From Mitosporidium daphniae (lineage: Eukaryota), in contig NW_013546400.1 of assembly GCF_000760515.2 (NCBI RefSeq), positions 1-64,000 on the forward strand: DNA of 64,000 bases, read 5' to 3'. A program made the position numbers and the translations under genes. Under the pieces are notes generated by a model. That model made no database searches and was not told where the DNA came from. It worked only from the letters and a program-made list of their open reading frames with translations. The first letter of the stretch is position 1, and every line of letters starts with the position of its first letter. Shown here in pieces: positions 11,827 through 23,247 of the stretch.

Positions 11827-13814
11827 ACAATATCACCAAAAAAAGTGCAGCCGAAAAGCTCGATAAAACAATAAATTCAACGCGTTTAAGCCCGTTAAGT
11901 GGTAAATAATCGCATAAGAAGCTCCGCCTACTTTGGGAGCCCTAGTTTAAGGTCGTTCTGGTCACTGCTGACACGCGTTGCTAGAATCGTACAATCCTCG
12001 CGAGTGTTGGTTGAGTGCATTCCTTCAGTTCACCCAAATAACTGTCAGATCTGGCATTCTCACTCAGTGCTATTGAATCGATTTCGTATGCTAATATATT
12101 GAAATGCCCCGGAAAGGAATCGCCCCATCAATACCGCTAAGCTCTGCATTTCCCGGCTTTCTTGGTTAAGAATTTGTTTTAAAGTCGCTGACCGATAAAA
12201 GAATCACATAGAAGCAAGATTTATGACACGATGATGGCTCTTTTTCTTCACTCCATTTCAAAAAAGAAAAATACTGAAGCGCATCTTATCATTGGCGAAT
12301 GATGCCCAATACTGATCCCTATGTTCATATCCGCTTGTGTAATTCTTCAATGTCATAGAAATTCTTACTAAATGATTTGGGCAGTTGCCAGTGGTGTGAT
12401 TTCCACACTTGGAATGCTGATTCCCTTAGCTCTTTGCCCTTCAAACAAAAGTGCCCCTGGCGTATCTAAACCCAACCGAACCCTAAGCAGCTTCCGGATC
12501 TAGAGAGTGCATTCGGCGAGGGTGACATCCGAGACCCTGTCAGGATTTTTATTAATAGTATTTGTCTGATCCAAGTGCAATTTCAACGGATGGAAGGATA
12601 CTTTTAATATCGTTATCGGCGAAGAGTTAAATATCGTTCAAAGTTGTCGTCTTTGTTGGTATTCTGATTCTAAAACAATTTAAGATTAAATAACCGATAT
12701 TATATCACAGGACAACATATTCCAGCTATATGTCGATAGCCAATCTAGACTTGACAATCACAATTCTTATCAGTATCTTTATCGATGCTACCATTGACTT
12801 GTGTAGAACCTTGGATCTAAAATGGATCTGTGTAGCTAGTGAAGTTGGATTTCGGGTCGCTTCAGTGTTACCGGTTTATGGTCTCAATATCTTGGCTTGC
12901 GGATACCCTATAACGCTCACTACTGTCGCTTTTTTGGTTTCGGACTAAGATATGTTTTCCTTGCGCTATCATTCGAAAATAGCACTTATTAGGCATCAGC
13001 AAAGTATCGGCTCTCTTGATCTATTCTGAATTTGTCCCTCGTTATCTTATCTTGCTTCTATAAATCGCATATTTATTCATTTTAAAAGCGAATTTTTTTG
13101 GTTGTTTGAACCCTTTGTTTTGTATTACCGCTGATTATGGCAATCGCAGTTCCCAATCTAAATGAAAGAAATTCCGCGGTTTAGTGCGATTTTCTTCCAG
13201 AATGATTAGAAACACCCTCCTCGCGGTGATGGCAAAAACTCGAATTCTAAGACTAATGGGATACGGCTCCTGATTTGAGATCCCACAACATTGGTGAAGG
13301 AAGTTCTTAAATCGGTTTGGATCTATTCTAGGCTAAAAGGCACAATTCCTAACCATAACCCTATAAATTAAAGATTTGATATTACGGTCGCGATAATATG
13401 GGAATTTTCCAAAGACATTAAAGCACAAATTGCTGCCAACAAGAGGAAATACCGACTTTAAAAGGGTGAAAGAAAGACAGCGGGATAACCCCCCCCCCGC
13501 GGAAATATCATCATGCCCTGCATAAATGGCAGGAAGAAGGCTCTATACGCCGATAGGAGTCCTAGCTGAGAAAAGCCGTTACCTTTTGCGATCAAAAATG
13601 CCTTGTTCCTTGGAGAGACTTTGAAGATAATTAATGATCCTAAGATTTGAAAAATATCCTGTCAAGTAGTGAGACATGCGTAACAGAGCTATGAACCGAG
13701 ATGACGCTGGTTTATAAATCAAGAGTGCACTACGACCCAACAAATTAATTTCGAGCAGCCATTTTTGGACGGGAAACGGGCCTTACATGTGAGATTTATA
13801 AGTTGACCGGAAAA

Positions 13815-16370
13815 TCAAACTTTATCGGGTTTATCAGGTAGGGACAGGACTCCTTCTGGAATGTCAAGAGCAGCCTTAAGAGCTTCCTGTGAGACGGTAT
13901 ACTTTGCCAAAAGCTGGGCAATCGGACGGTATCTCATCCAGGAGGGATGTTTTGTGCGTCTATTGTGGTCATCTGCAATGGCACCTAGTGCGCTAATGGA
14001 GGAAAGACGAACAGCGCCGCAATGGAGCCCGATCAATGAGCAACGGGTGCCCAAGGCGTCGCTGGCTTCAAAAGCCTGTTTTTGTGCCATTTCCATGGGA
14101 TTGGCATCATTCGATACCCTTCGGGCTTCCATTGCCATCGAAGCGAGATGTTCTACAGCCAGCCAGGCAAAACGCATCGCCAAAAGACGATCAAAGGGAG
14201 AAGGCTCGCGTCCCTGTTGTAGGTGCCCTAACTTTGAAACACGTACGTCAAATTCGCCCTCACTCTCCATTTCCAGCAGGGCTGCAAGTGATTCTCCAGT
14301 CAGTGCTGGTGAAAGATGCTCTGGTAATACGATTAGACGTCCCAGTCGTCGATCATCCTGAAAACGTCTCCGCAAATGTGCAGCTTCTCGCAGGATGTCT
14401 TCTACCATGATTCCCTCTTCAGGCAAATAGGAAAATGTTGCTGCAGCTGCAAGACCGCCCAGCAACGAAAGGTAGCCGCATTTTCCCCCGTGAACTTCCA
14501 CCACAAAGGTGCGTTTTTGTGACGAGGCAGACTGTCGAATGGCGTCACATGATGCGACGATCATGTTAAGCGCAGTATCAGAGCCAAGCGTTATATCTGT
14601 CCCGGGCACATTGTTGGAAATGGTTGCAGGGACTACCACCATTTGGATACGTCCAAGAATGCTATGATCTGCCCCAGCAGCCTGCAGCTGACGCAGAGAG
14701 AGATAGGCCTCATAGCCGCCGATGATGAGAAGCGCTTGCACTCGTTCTTGTTCAAAAAGCCGTGCAATGTTACCAAGGCGCCCGCTTGGCAGTGTGCGGT
14801 CCGTACCTAAATGTGAACCACCTTCACCCACCCAGCCATCGACATCCATCCAGGAGAGCGTGGTCGTTGTCGGCTTGCGGTCACAGGCGCAGCAAAGCTT
14901 CTCAGGCTTGCTCCCATTTTCAGATTGACATCTGCAAGGTCCCGTTTCGGCATCTAAAGCTACCGATCCCCAGCCGCCAAGCAATGCCAAAGGCTGAAAC
15001 CCGCGATTTATTGCCGCGCGCACCATGGCAAATGTAGCTGTGTTCATGCCTCCACATGGTGGACCCACATGTACCACAGCCATTCTGGGAGCATTTGGCG
15101 CAAGCAAGGAGGCTCCTTGTGCGCTGGCGCAGAGTGCTTCATAAATCTCAAAGTCTTGATGAAAATCACGATCTCGAAGTCGGAAAACTTCACCTAGGAC
15201 GTTGCGTTTGGCAGCATCGTCAATGGAACGTGTTAAGGCAACGCATTCGCGCAATGGCAAAGTGCATATGGAGCCCCCCTGCATGCCAATGATGGTTGCG
15301 GCACCGTTGGGGTGTCGTTTCTTTGCTGCGTTTACAAGTGAACTGACAGCATATACACCCTGAAGCGCCGCAAGGATACGGTCGTATGCTGAGGGCATCC
15401 CTCCGCGCTGCACATGACCCAGGACCGTTGCCCGGACATCTAGCTTTAGACGTTCCGTAAGCGTCTTTTGCACCATTGCGGCTGTAATTGGTCGCCCATC
15501 TCCGTCAACAGCTCCTTCAGACAACAGCACAATGGATTCACGTTTACCAAGAGCTCGATTTCGCGTGATCGCCTGGCAGAGTGCCTCGGGCCATTTCTCT
15601 GAATTTTGTGGCTGCTCTGGAATGAAGAGCCAATCTGCACCAGAAGCCAGCGCTGCAGCCAGGGCAAGCCACCCGCAATTGCGACCCATCACTTCGATGA
15701 TGAAGGCTCGCTGATGTGAGCATGCTGAAGTAGTGATCGCGTCAATTGCCTCGGTGATGCGATGCAGTGCTGAGTCTGCCCCAATGGTCATCTCTGTCCC
15801 GAGCATGTCCTTGTCGATGGATCCAATCAACCCAGCAATATTGACAGCTGGGTGCCTCTCAAGAGTACCCTTTGGGAGCTCACCTGTTGCCTCCAACTCT
15901 TGAACCAGAGATGGCCACTCTTGGCGAAGTAAGTCTGCGCCTGTTAAAGAACCGTCTCCACCGATGACGACAAGAGAATCGATCTGCAAAAGTAGAAGAT
16001 TTCGCACAGCCGCCAATCTTCCTTCTCTGCTTCTAAACCTTGCAGAGCGGGCAGAGCCAATGATGGTGCCACCCAACGGCATGATTTGGGCGACGCTGTT
16101 CCAATTAAACTCGATGATCATTGGGCCACCTTGGACCAGTCCCTCATAGCCCTCACGCACAGCATAGGGGACACAGCCAGAAGAAAGGGACATTCGGACA
16201 ACGGACCGAATGGCAGCATTCATGCCCTGCGAGTCGCCTCCACTGGTCAAAACAGCGATTCGTAACTTTTGCTTTGGCTGGTCGAGCCCCTCATCGTCTT
16301 CTTGGAAGGAACGGGGTGGTGGCGACGGGGTTACGCGATGATATTCGTAAATCTCGGAATCGATTGCCAT
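13815..16370 (-). CDS. PFK: ATP-dependent 6-phosphofructokinase, eukaryotic tandem-domain type
   Basis: TSGGDSQGMNAA, GGDGSLTGA, EVMGRNCGWLAL, LGHVQRGG; regulatory half with PATISNNVPGT. Confidence 0.95.
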   Translation of the reverse strand: MAIDSEIYEYHRVTPSPPPRSFQEDDEGLDQPKQKLRIAVLTSGGDSQGMNAAIRSVVRMSLSSGCVPYAVREGYEGLVQGGPMIIEFNWNSVAQIMPLGGTIIGSARSARFRSREGRLAAVRNLLLLQIDSLVVIGGDGSLTGADLLRQEWPSLVQELEATGELPKGTLERHPAVNIAGLIGSIDKDMLGTEMTIGADSALHRITEAIDAITTSACSHQRAFIIEVMGRNCGWLALAAALASGADWLFIPEQPQNSEKWPEALCQAITRNRALGKRESIVLLSEGAVDGDGRPITAAMVQKTLTERLKLDVRATVLGHVQRGGMPSAYDRILAALQGVYAVSSLVNAAKKRHPNGAATIIGMQGGSICTLPLRECVALTRSIDDAAKRNVLGEVFRLRDRDFHQDFEIYEALCASAQGASLLAPNAPRMAVVHVGPPCGGMNTATFAMVRAAINRGFQPLALLGGWGSVALDAETGPCRCQSENGSKPEKLCCACDRKPTTTTLSWMDVDGWVGEGGSHLGTDRTLPSGRLGNIARLFEQERVQALLIIGGYEAYLSLRQLQAAGADHSILGRIQMVVVPATISNNVPGTDITLGSDTALNMIVASCDAIRQSASSQKRTFVVEVHGGKCGYLSLLGGLAAAATFSYLPEEGIMVEDILREAAHLRRRFQDDRRLGRLIVLPEHLSPALTGESLAALLEMESEGEFDVRVSKLGHLQQGREPSPFDRLLAMRFAWLAVEHLASMAMEARRVSNDANPMEMAQKQAFEASDALGTRCSLIGLHCGAVRLSSISALGAIADDHNRRTKHPSWMRYRPIAQLLAKYTVSQEALKAALDIPEGVLSLPDKPDKV

Positions 16371-17106
16371 TAAGTATGTGTATAAAAAGTTGCACGTCAA
16401 TTCATTTTATAGGAATGCTTGCACCAATCGGAATCCTCCCCGGTGTATTAGTGTTGAGAATTAAAACTTGGTACCATTTAAAATTTAATTTCAACGATTT
16501 GAACTGTTGTACATCACTTGGGGGGAACGCTGGGTTGACCAATAAATTCCCTGTATTTCAAGCAAAGACAATCGAGAACAGTAAGGCATGCATTTCCAAA
16601 TGCAGGCTTTCTTCAGGGCCAAGTTTTTATTTGGACAACAGTGTATATTAGTTGGCGTTGCGCATTGACCCGCTAGACCTTGGTAATTGAACATATAGTG
16701 AAAGGAGGCTTCATTTAAGGAATTTGGGAAAATCGCCATCAAAAGAAAACAAATGCTAAAGCATTAGAAATGAAAAGGGTCCACTGCGAGATTTTTTTAA
16801 CAATAAAGCATGTCGCGTAAAATATGAGAATTGAATGCTCAACCAACAAAGGCTGAATACATCAAAATAGCACGAATCAATTTTGTAAATTCTCAAGCAT
16901 GCATGTGTTTCAAAATTGGGGTACCTACCCCATTTTAAGATAATATTACGCAGGCTACGACAAATCAATGAAACATTTATGTTGTAAAAAATTAAACTTT
17001 GTAGCAACCAAGGGGACCAATCACAACATTGATCCATAAAGGGATATCATGTCATTGTGATCGATCAGGTAATCGAAAGTAAGAGGGAATTCCCATTTTT
17101 CCGGTT

Positions 17107-17513
17107 ATGATTCATTTGCTTCTAAAAATTAGCTTTCTGATTCTTACATTCCAACCACATTCATTGACACATAGGGTATCCAAAGCCACACAACCAGATA
17201 GCCTAGAAAAGATGCTTGACAACGTTAAATGCAACCAACCGACTGATTTTCTGATTACTTTCAAAGACACTGCCAAGCAACAAGATATCGATCGGTTTAT
17301 TAAGATTATCGAAAGCAAGGGCGGCCATGTTTTGGAGGCTTTTAAAGCGTTCAAGATCATCCTGGCACGTCTCCCTGAAAGCTTGGTGAGTAAGACGTCG
17401 CGTTTGTTATCTATCAAATAGGTTCCATGAATGAGAAACAATCGATATTCCAAGATTGTCATATCCACTCCATCGAGAAAAATGAAATCGTTAGGGCCAT
17501 AAACCGAAAATGA
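17107..17513 (+). CDS. Secreted stand-alone peptidase inhibitor I9 (subtilisin propeptide-like) domain protein
   Basis: Signal peptide; FLITFKD...IESKGGHVLEAFKAFKIILARLP; a GTAAGA..AAATAG intron adds ..HIHSIEKNEIVRA, matching the I9 pattern. Confidence 0.65.
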
Positions 17514-17586
17514 CACCAGCACATTTGGGACTGATGGTGAACCATATTAAATTTTGAGCACCGTCAGTATTAAGTACCAAGTAAAT

Positions 17587-18815
17587 TTAAGTGCCGAATA
17601 CCCGGTGAAGAGAATAAACACATATGACTGAATTTTTGGAAAACGAAATTAAATGATTTTGTTCTGCAAGGAGATGCATCGCTATAATGGGCCCGGAATG
17701 TAGCGTATCCAGCCTTGAAATTTTGGGACCCTGGTCCAATATATTTGAAAGCAAATAAATGCTAAGGAAGATGTTATGCCGAATTTTTACCTCCCGCCCC
17801 ATGTTCCCGAAACAATCGAGCTTCCCTGGGAACAGCAAAGTGAGGAAGAAAGCCCCCCCTCACGAAGGTTGCGATAGACAATCGATGGGGTTTCCTAAGG
17901 ATTAACATCCATTTTCATCGCCATACAAGATTTGAAAGAACGGCAACACGATTCTCAACACCGGAGATAACCAGGCGCGACTCTGGGGAATAAAACACGC
18001 TTAAAACTGAAATAAAATCTCAATAAAAACTTGGATGGCAAAACACGGCCACCAACGACATTAAAGTTCGTGACACTGCGTCATAAATGCAGATATTTCC
18101 ACTCTCATAGCCGCATATGAGCTGAGAAAAGTCTGTTGAAAGGCACATCACCATGACGGTTCCTGCGATCAAAAAATAGAAAATACCGGCATTATTATCC
18201 GGGGCTTGCATTAAGTCTTCACAGGAAAATAGCGTAGGGCCGTCAAAATTCCATCCATACACCGAGATCTGTTCGGTAAAAATATCAGAACCATACAGCA
18301 CTATTATTGGCAGAAGGTCGGTAAAGGCAAGAAAGTTTCTGTTTGTTAAAACAGCAAAGTACCTTATTGAATAGAATGGATGCATAAGATATCACAATTG
18401 GCAGCGACTTGGTTCTTTTTTCTTCTAAGATAAATCGATTTGAAACGCTCCATTCAATAAGCACGCCATCTTTTGAGCAAGAAAGTAAGGTCAGCGGAAA
18501 TGTGTGGTAATAAATTGCTTGCAACCCTAACCCTGAATTAGGAAAAATTCAAACCCAGCAAATTAGGATCAGAGCCATGTGCATGAATGCCTTTGTAGGA
18601 GGCAATGATGGATCGTGTTGAGGCCTCCCAAATTACAAGATCGCCGCTGCTAAACCTAAAGGGTTTAGTTTTGACCGCGTGTACCCAACAAAATATATGT
18701 CTCTGCCACTTTCATTAGCGTGCATCCCGGGTACATGCAAATGATGGGTTGCCGAAATGGCGACCGCCATATCCCCTGAGGGGTTATATAGAAACGTAGT
18801 GAAGATCGGGTTCAT
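17587..18815 (-). CDS. WD40-repeat protein, possibly ASA1/GNB1L-like (multi-exon)
   Basis: Hand-spliced exons give VGFSSGDLVIWE, LLSCSKDGVLIEWS, LICGYESGNICIYD and LISFSKNSVICVYS. Confidence 0.6.
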
Positions 18816-18962
18816 GAGGATTTTGAAATTAAATTTACAGCCAATAAAATTAAAATGTGCAGCCAATTATATGTTGAGGAGACAAAGTTTTTAATTTTCA
18901 TTGCATTCCTTTGATCTGGATGCATTGCTGGTTTTGCTGTCCCACTACTTTAATCTGATATA

Positions 18963-20417
18963 ATGCTTACTTCTTCGATGGCTTCCCCAGAGCCTTTTTG
19001 TGAAAAGAAAAATAAACAATCATCATTCCAGCGATTTAGATCCAGCAAAGGCGCTGTCCTCTTTGTTTGCTCCCTGGCTTTGTTTACTGACATGCTGGTG
19101 TATGGAATAGTGATACCAATTCTTCCCTCCATTCTTCGATCGATTGGAATTCCTGCAGAACACGAAACCACATACTCCACAATTTTGTTCTCTGCCTATG
19201 CGCTTGGTCTTTTTTTAGCAACGCCAGTGTTTGGAATTTTATCGGACAAAACAGGAAATAGAATGACCCCGATGCTGCTTGGATTAGCAGGGCTTGCTTT
19301 AACGACGATTTTATTTGCCATTTCATCGCATTTTTATATTCTTTTGCTTGCAAGGTTTCTTCAAGGAATTGCTGGAGCGGCCTCCTGGGTTGTCGGGATG
19401 GCTTTGATTGCCGATACTTTCCCCATAAATCAGCTTGGTTCGTCGCTAGGATTTGTAATGTCATTCAATACTGTCGGATTTATTTGTGGGCCTATAATTT
19501 CTGGATATGCTGCCACTTACATCTCGCTTAGATCGCCGTTTTATATTTGTGCACTTTTCGCTTTGCTGGATTTTGTTTCGCGTATCATATTGAAGCCTCC
19601 TAAAAGCGCCAAGCCAGAAGCATCCTGCTTGGAGGTAGCACCGGCTTCCCAACCGGATCAATCTCTGCCTGACACTGCCACCGCTCCCAAGGCTTCCTTG
19701 CTGAAACGGTTTTTTGCCTCCGACATAATATCTATGCTTTGCCATATTGAAATTTTCCTTTTGTGTTTTGGCGTGACGTTAGAAACTGCATCGATGTCCA
19801 TCATTGAAGCGCTTATAGCCGAGTACTTGGAGGTATATTTTGGGCTTTCAATAAGCGAATGTTCAAACACTCTGCTTTTTTTCATATTGCCAAGTGCCTT
19901 TTTTTCGATTCTCATGGGAAAGCTGACGGACACGTACAGCCGTAGTCGTCTTATCATCATTGGAACGCTATTGCATTCCGTGGCTTCTCCCTTTGTTGCG
20001 CTTGCGTCAACCCTGACTCAATTTAGAATTGCAGCCGTGATGTTTGGGCTCTCCACCTCATTTATGGTTACTCCAATCATGCCGCAAATGACATTTCTTA
20101 TTGGATCCTATGGAAAACACACCACATCATATGCTAAGCTTTATTCTCTGTATCTGATTTTTTGCAGCCTTGGCATGGTGCTTGGGCCGATCATTGCCGG
20201 TTTACTTATGTCCTCGATTTCGTTTCTGGCTGCAATGTTTGTGTTCCCCATTATGGGATGTTTGGTATTCCTACCTTTATTTGTAACCATAACAATCTAC
20301 AAAGAACGAAGCCGGTTCAGGTTAGCCAATTTATCTGATACTCTGTCTCCATTCTCATTTTTCAGGGAGTTATTTATACCGCTGCCAGAGCCTGTCTATT
20401 CCAAATCTTTTATTTGA
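18963..20417 (+). CDS. Major facilitator superfamily transporter (SLC18/VMAT- or DHA1-like)
   Basis: About 12 hydrophobic segments; ALFTDMLVYGIVIPILP, GILSDKTGNR (MFS motif A), ARFLQGIAGA. Confidence 0.9.
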   Translation: MLTSSMASPEPFCEKKNKQSSFQRFRSSKGAVLFVCSLALFTDMLVYGIVIPILPSILRSIGIPAEHETTYSTILFSAYALGLFLATPVFGILSDKTGNRMTPMLLGLAGLALTTILFAISSHFYILLLARFLQGIAGAASWVVGMALIADTFPINQLGSSLGFVMSFNTVGFICGPIISGYAATYISLRSPFYICALFALLDFVSRIILKPPKSAKPEASCLEVAPASQPDQSLPDTATAPKASLLKRFFASDIISMLCHIEIFLLCFGVTLETASMSIIEALIAEYLEVYFGLSISECSNTLLFFILPSAFFSILMGKLTDTYSRSRLIIIGTLLHSVASPFVALASTLTQFRIAAVMFGLSTSFMVTPIMPQMTFLIGSYGKHTTSYAKLYSLYLIFCSLGMVLGPIIAGLLMSSISFLAAMFVFPIMGCLVFLPLFVTITIYKERSRFRLANLSDTLSPFSFFRELFIPLPEPVYSKSFI

Positions 20418-20449
20418 TAAAGCTGATAGCCTTCATTTGTCCAAAAATA

Positions 20450-22301
20450 GGGAGAGCACATGTTTAGGTTTCCATTGACGAGATAATTTGCATCGCCTTG
20501 GGCGTTGTCATTTGTACACAGTAGTAGGATATCTTTTTGTAAACATCGCCTTCATCTTTGGGGAGAAACCTAAAGCTGATCATCATGGGATGTGTACATC
20601 TTAATGCAGTCTAAAATGCCCTCTGCAATAATTAAAACGTCCTCGATAAATATATCTCGCAGCTCCAAAGCGGTAAGGGGCGTAGAGGTCGGTGGGAGCC
20701 TTTCCGATCGAACATCGTAGATGCCCTTCAAATATAAAGTGATCGTGTCGTCCAATAAGATCTACACGTAAAGTTTCGGGCTTTCCCACCTTTGACAGCC
20801 TCATATAGAAATTTAGCGTCAATGTTTGCAGATTGCACCATGAATGCTTTCTATATAGCCTCGAAATAAAGCCATAAATGAAGCTTCTCGAATCCGAATC
20901 AAAGATTCCTTCGCCGAAAATACCGAGCAACACGCACTTTATGGCTTTGATTGCTGTCCTAACTAGTGGAGACACTTTTAACACAACGGGAAAACTAAGT
21001 AGTTTAAAGAAGCATGCATACCTTTTTATGGAGTATGATCCCGAAAGAGAGGGCACCAATGCAAGCAACTCCCTCCACGCCACATCAGATGAAATGCTCA
21101 AACAAACATTGCCGTCAGCAAGCAAATCTTTCACACTCTACGTCGGTTACAACACAAATCAACACATTCTTGATTAAAGCGGCAGAAAACTCGGCAGACA
21201 ATCCGGACCGAATTAATCGCAACATCATAGATTCCAAGGACCGGGTGAACAAAAAAGTTTCAACGCCTTTGGTCTAATGAATATGCAAACCAAAGCCTAG
21301 ATACCTGTAAAAACGAAGGCAAAGCAGAAAGTTCTCGAACTAGTGTACAAACATTCACACCCTTTGCAAGCTCAAAAGTGATTTTGGATAATTTTTCGTC
21401 CACCAAAAAGGCTGAATATTCCCACAAAGATTGGATCTACACGTGTTTCAATATGAGCTATTTCCATACATGGTCAATGGAATACCCTTTGATCGAATGT
21501 AGCAGTGTAAATTCAAGGTAAAACAAAAACAGCAAGCGATCAAGCGTGGAATCGATGTCGTGGATAGAAAAATGTCGCAAATAGTCGTCCAACAAAAGCT
21601 ACCGTAAACCTGCAAATTCTGGCTTACTTTTTTTTCAAGCAGAAACGAAGTGGGGATTGTATCTGAAATTTCGGAAATGTTTTTCAAGATCCCCGTGTCG
21701 GCATTGGTGAAGCCGAACAAACCCTGGTGATCTTGTTGAACGTGTGTGGCCTTTTTGCAAAAAGAGGCAACTTCGGAGATCAAACGGCTATCTTTCTGCA
21801 ATCTATCCTCAGTAGAAAAAAGTACTTTTCAATCCATTCCAGCAACCCGATTGCAACCGCCTTCTGCATCGAGGCTGTGTATCTATGAAGCGCCTCATCT
21901 ACAAATTAGCAGGCTCTTACTTATTATAAAAAGCGCATTGACGTTTTCCCCGTTATATTTATACAGTGCAGTGGAAATCTATCACGCAGTAAGGTAAGAT
22001 AATTTGGATCTGCTACCTGTTTCAAAGAAAAAATGTCCTCTTTTCTGCTATGTCATAAAAGGAAAGGCTCTTACGATGATAAAAAGCCGTACACATCGAC
22101 CGCCAAAATGTCGAGCAGTCGATTGAGTTCGTATGCAAATTCGACGCATTCATCTGTGTTTTGTTGGTGCAAGGAAGTCAAACTCATAACAAAAATGTAA
22201 TCAATTTTTTTATTATGCTGATGACTAAAATTGGGCTTTGCGCTGAAAGCGCGCCCATCATCTGATATCGTGTACATGTGTTACTAGCACACGCCAGCCA
22301 T
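20450..22301 (-). CDS. Hypothetical multi-exon protein
   Basis: Chain of minus-strand ORFs (22071-22277, 21448-21801, 20601-21134, 20570-20755) with short GT..AG gaps; no family recognised; ends approximate. Confidence 0.4.
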
Positions 22302-22347
22302 CGATTTGGCCAATTTAAAGGTGTAAATTTTAATTGGTGCCTCCCAC

Positions 22348-23226
22348 ATGCTTGTGGAATGCTTCAAATATGACGCAAACAACAACTTGATAGCTCTTTG
22401 TTCCGGAAGTTTACATTCTTCCGAAACATCCCTGATCCTGGTGGGGGGGATGTATGATGGCCCTTTTTCTTTAGGTTACTCTGAAGCGTTACATTTTGCC
22501 GCTCAGGAAATGGGATCGACGTGCCTCATCCAGCCCATCCTTAGAAGTTCATATCGTCAATTTGGAATTTCAACATTGGACTCTGATGCTGAAGATCTTT
22601 ATCAGCTTGTTTCCAAGCTAAGTTCCAAAAGGGTTATACTGATTGGTCATTCGTCTGGATGCAATGGGATTCTTCATTTCGTCCACCGATTTTTACCGAC
22701 GCTTTGCTCTGAAGAGGCCGACATGATAAGAGGTAAAATTTGTGGAATCGTTCTGCAGGGTGCTGTTTCCGATCGGCAATACATTGTTTCTGTACTTGGA
22801 GAGACAAAAGCAACTCAATTTCTGGAAACATCAAAAGCGCTGATATCCTCTGGACAGGCACACTCGATCATGCCTGCGGAGGCTGTCCCGATGGAGCCTA
22901 TTGTTCCAATCACAGCCAAAAGATTCTATTCTCTTCTCCAAGGCGATGATGAGATGTTTTCGACCGACAAAAACGAGTCCATTATGTTTTCTGTATCCGA
23001 AACGCTTCCAATTTTAGTATTTATATCGGACAAGGATGAATATGTTCCGCACAACCAGGTCAATCAATCATCGGTCGTTTCCTTTTTTTCGAAAATCCTC
23101 CCTCATCATGCAAGCAATAAGATTGTGGTTTTAAGAAACGCCAACCACGGTCTCTCCACGCTCACAAAGGAGCAGGTGGTCGAGCACTTTATCAATCCCA
23201 TTGTTCAATGGATTGGCACTTTATAA
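22348..23226 (+). CDS. DUF1749/SidJ-like alpha/beta hydrolase
   Basis: ILVGGMYDG, QPILRSSYRQFGISTLDSDAEDL, nucleophile GHSSG, LQGAVSDRQ, DEYVP, NANH. Confidence 0.85.
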   Translation: MLVECFKYDANNNLIALCSGSLHSSETSLILVGGMYDGPFSLGYSEALHFAAQEMGSTCLIQPILRSSYRQFGISTLDSDAEDLYQLVSKLSSKRVILIGHSSGCNGILHFVHRFLPTLCSEEADMIRGKICGIVLQGAVSDRQYIVSVLGETKATQFLETSKALISSGQAHSIMPAEAVPMEPIVPITAKRFYSLLQGDDEMFSTDKNESIMFSVSETLPILVFISDKDEYVPHNQVNQSSVVSFFSKILPHHASNKIVVLRNANHGLSTLTKEQVVEHFINPIVQWIGTL

Positions 23227-23247
23227 ACCGGATCCCAATAAATGTGG

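Noticed and set aside
18522..18535. Telomere-like AACCCTAACCCT (also near 9257, 46348 and 53769)
   Set aside because: At most two units; the 18522 copy lies at an intron-exon junction. Not a telomere, and promoter enrichment cannot be shown by eye.
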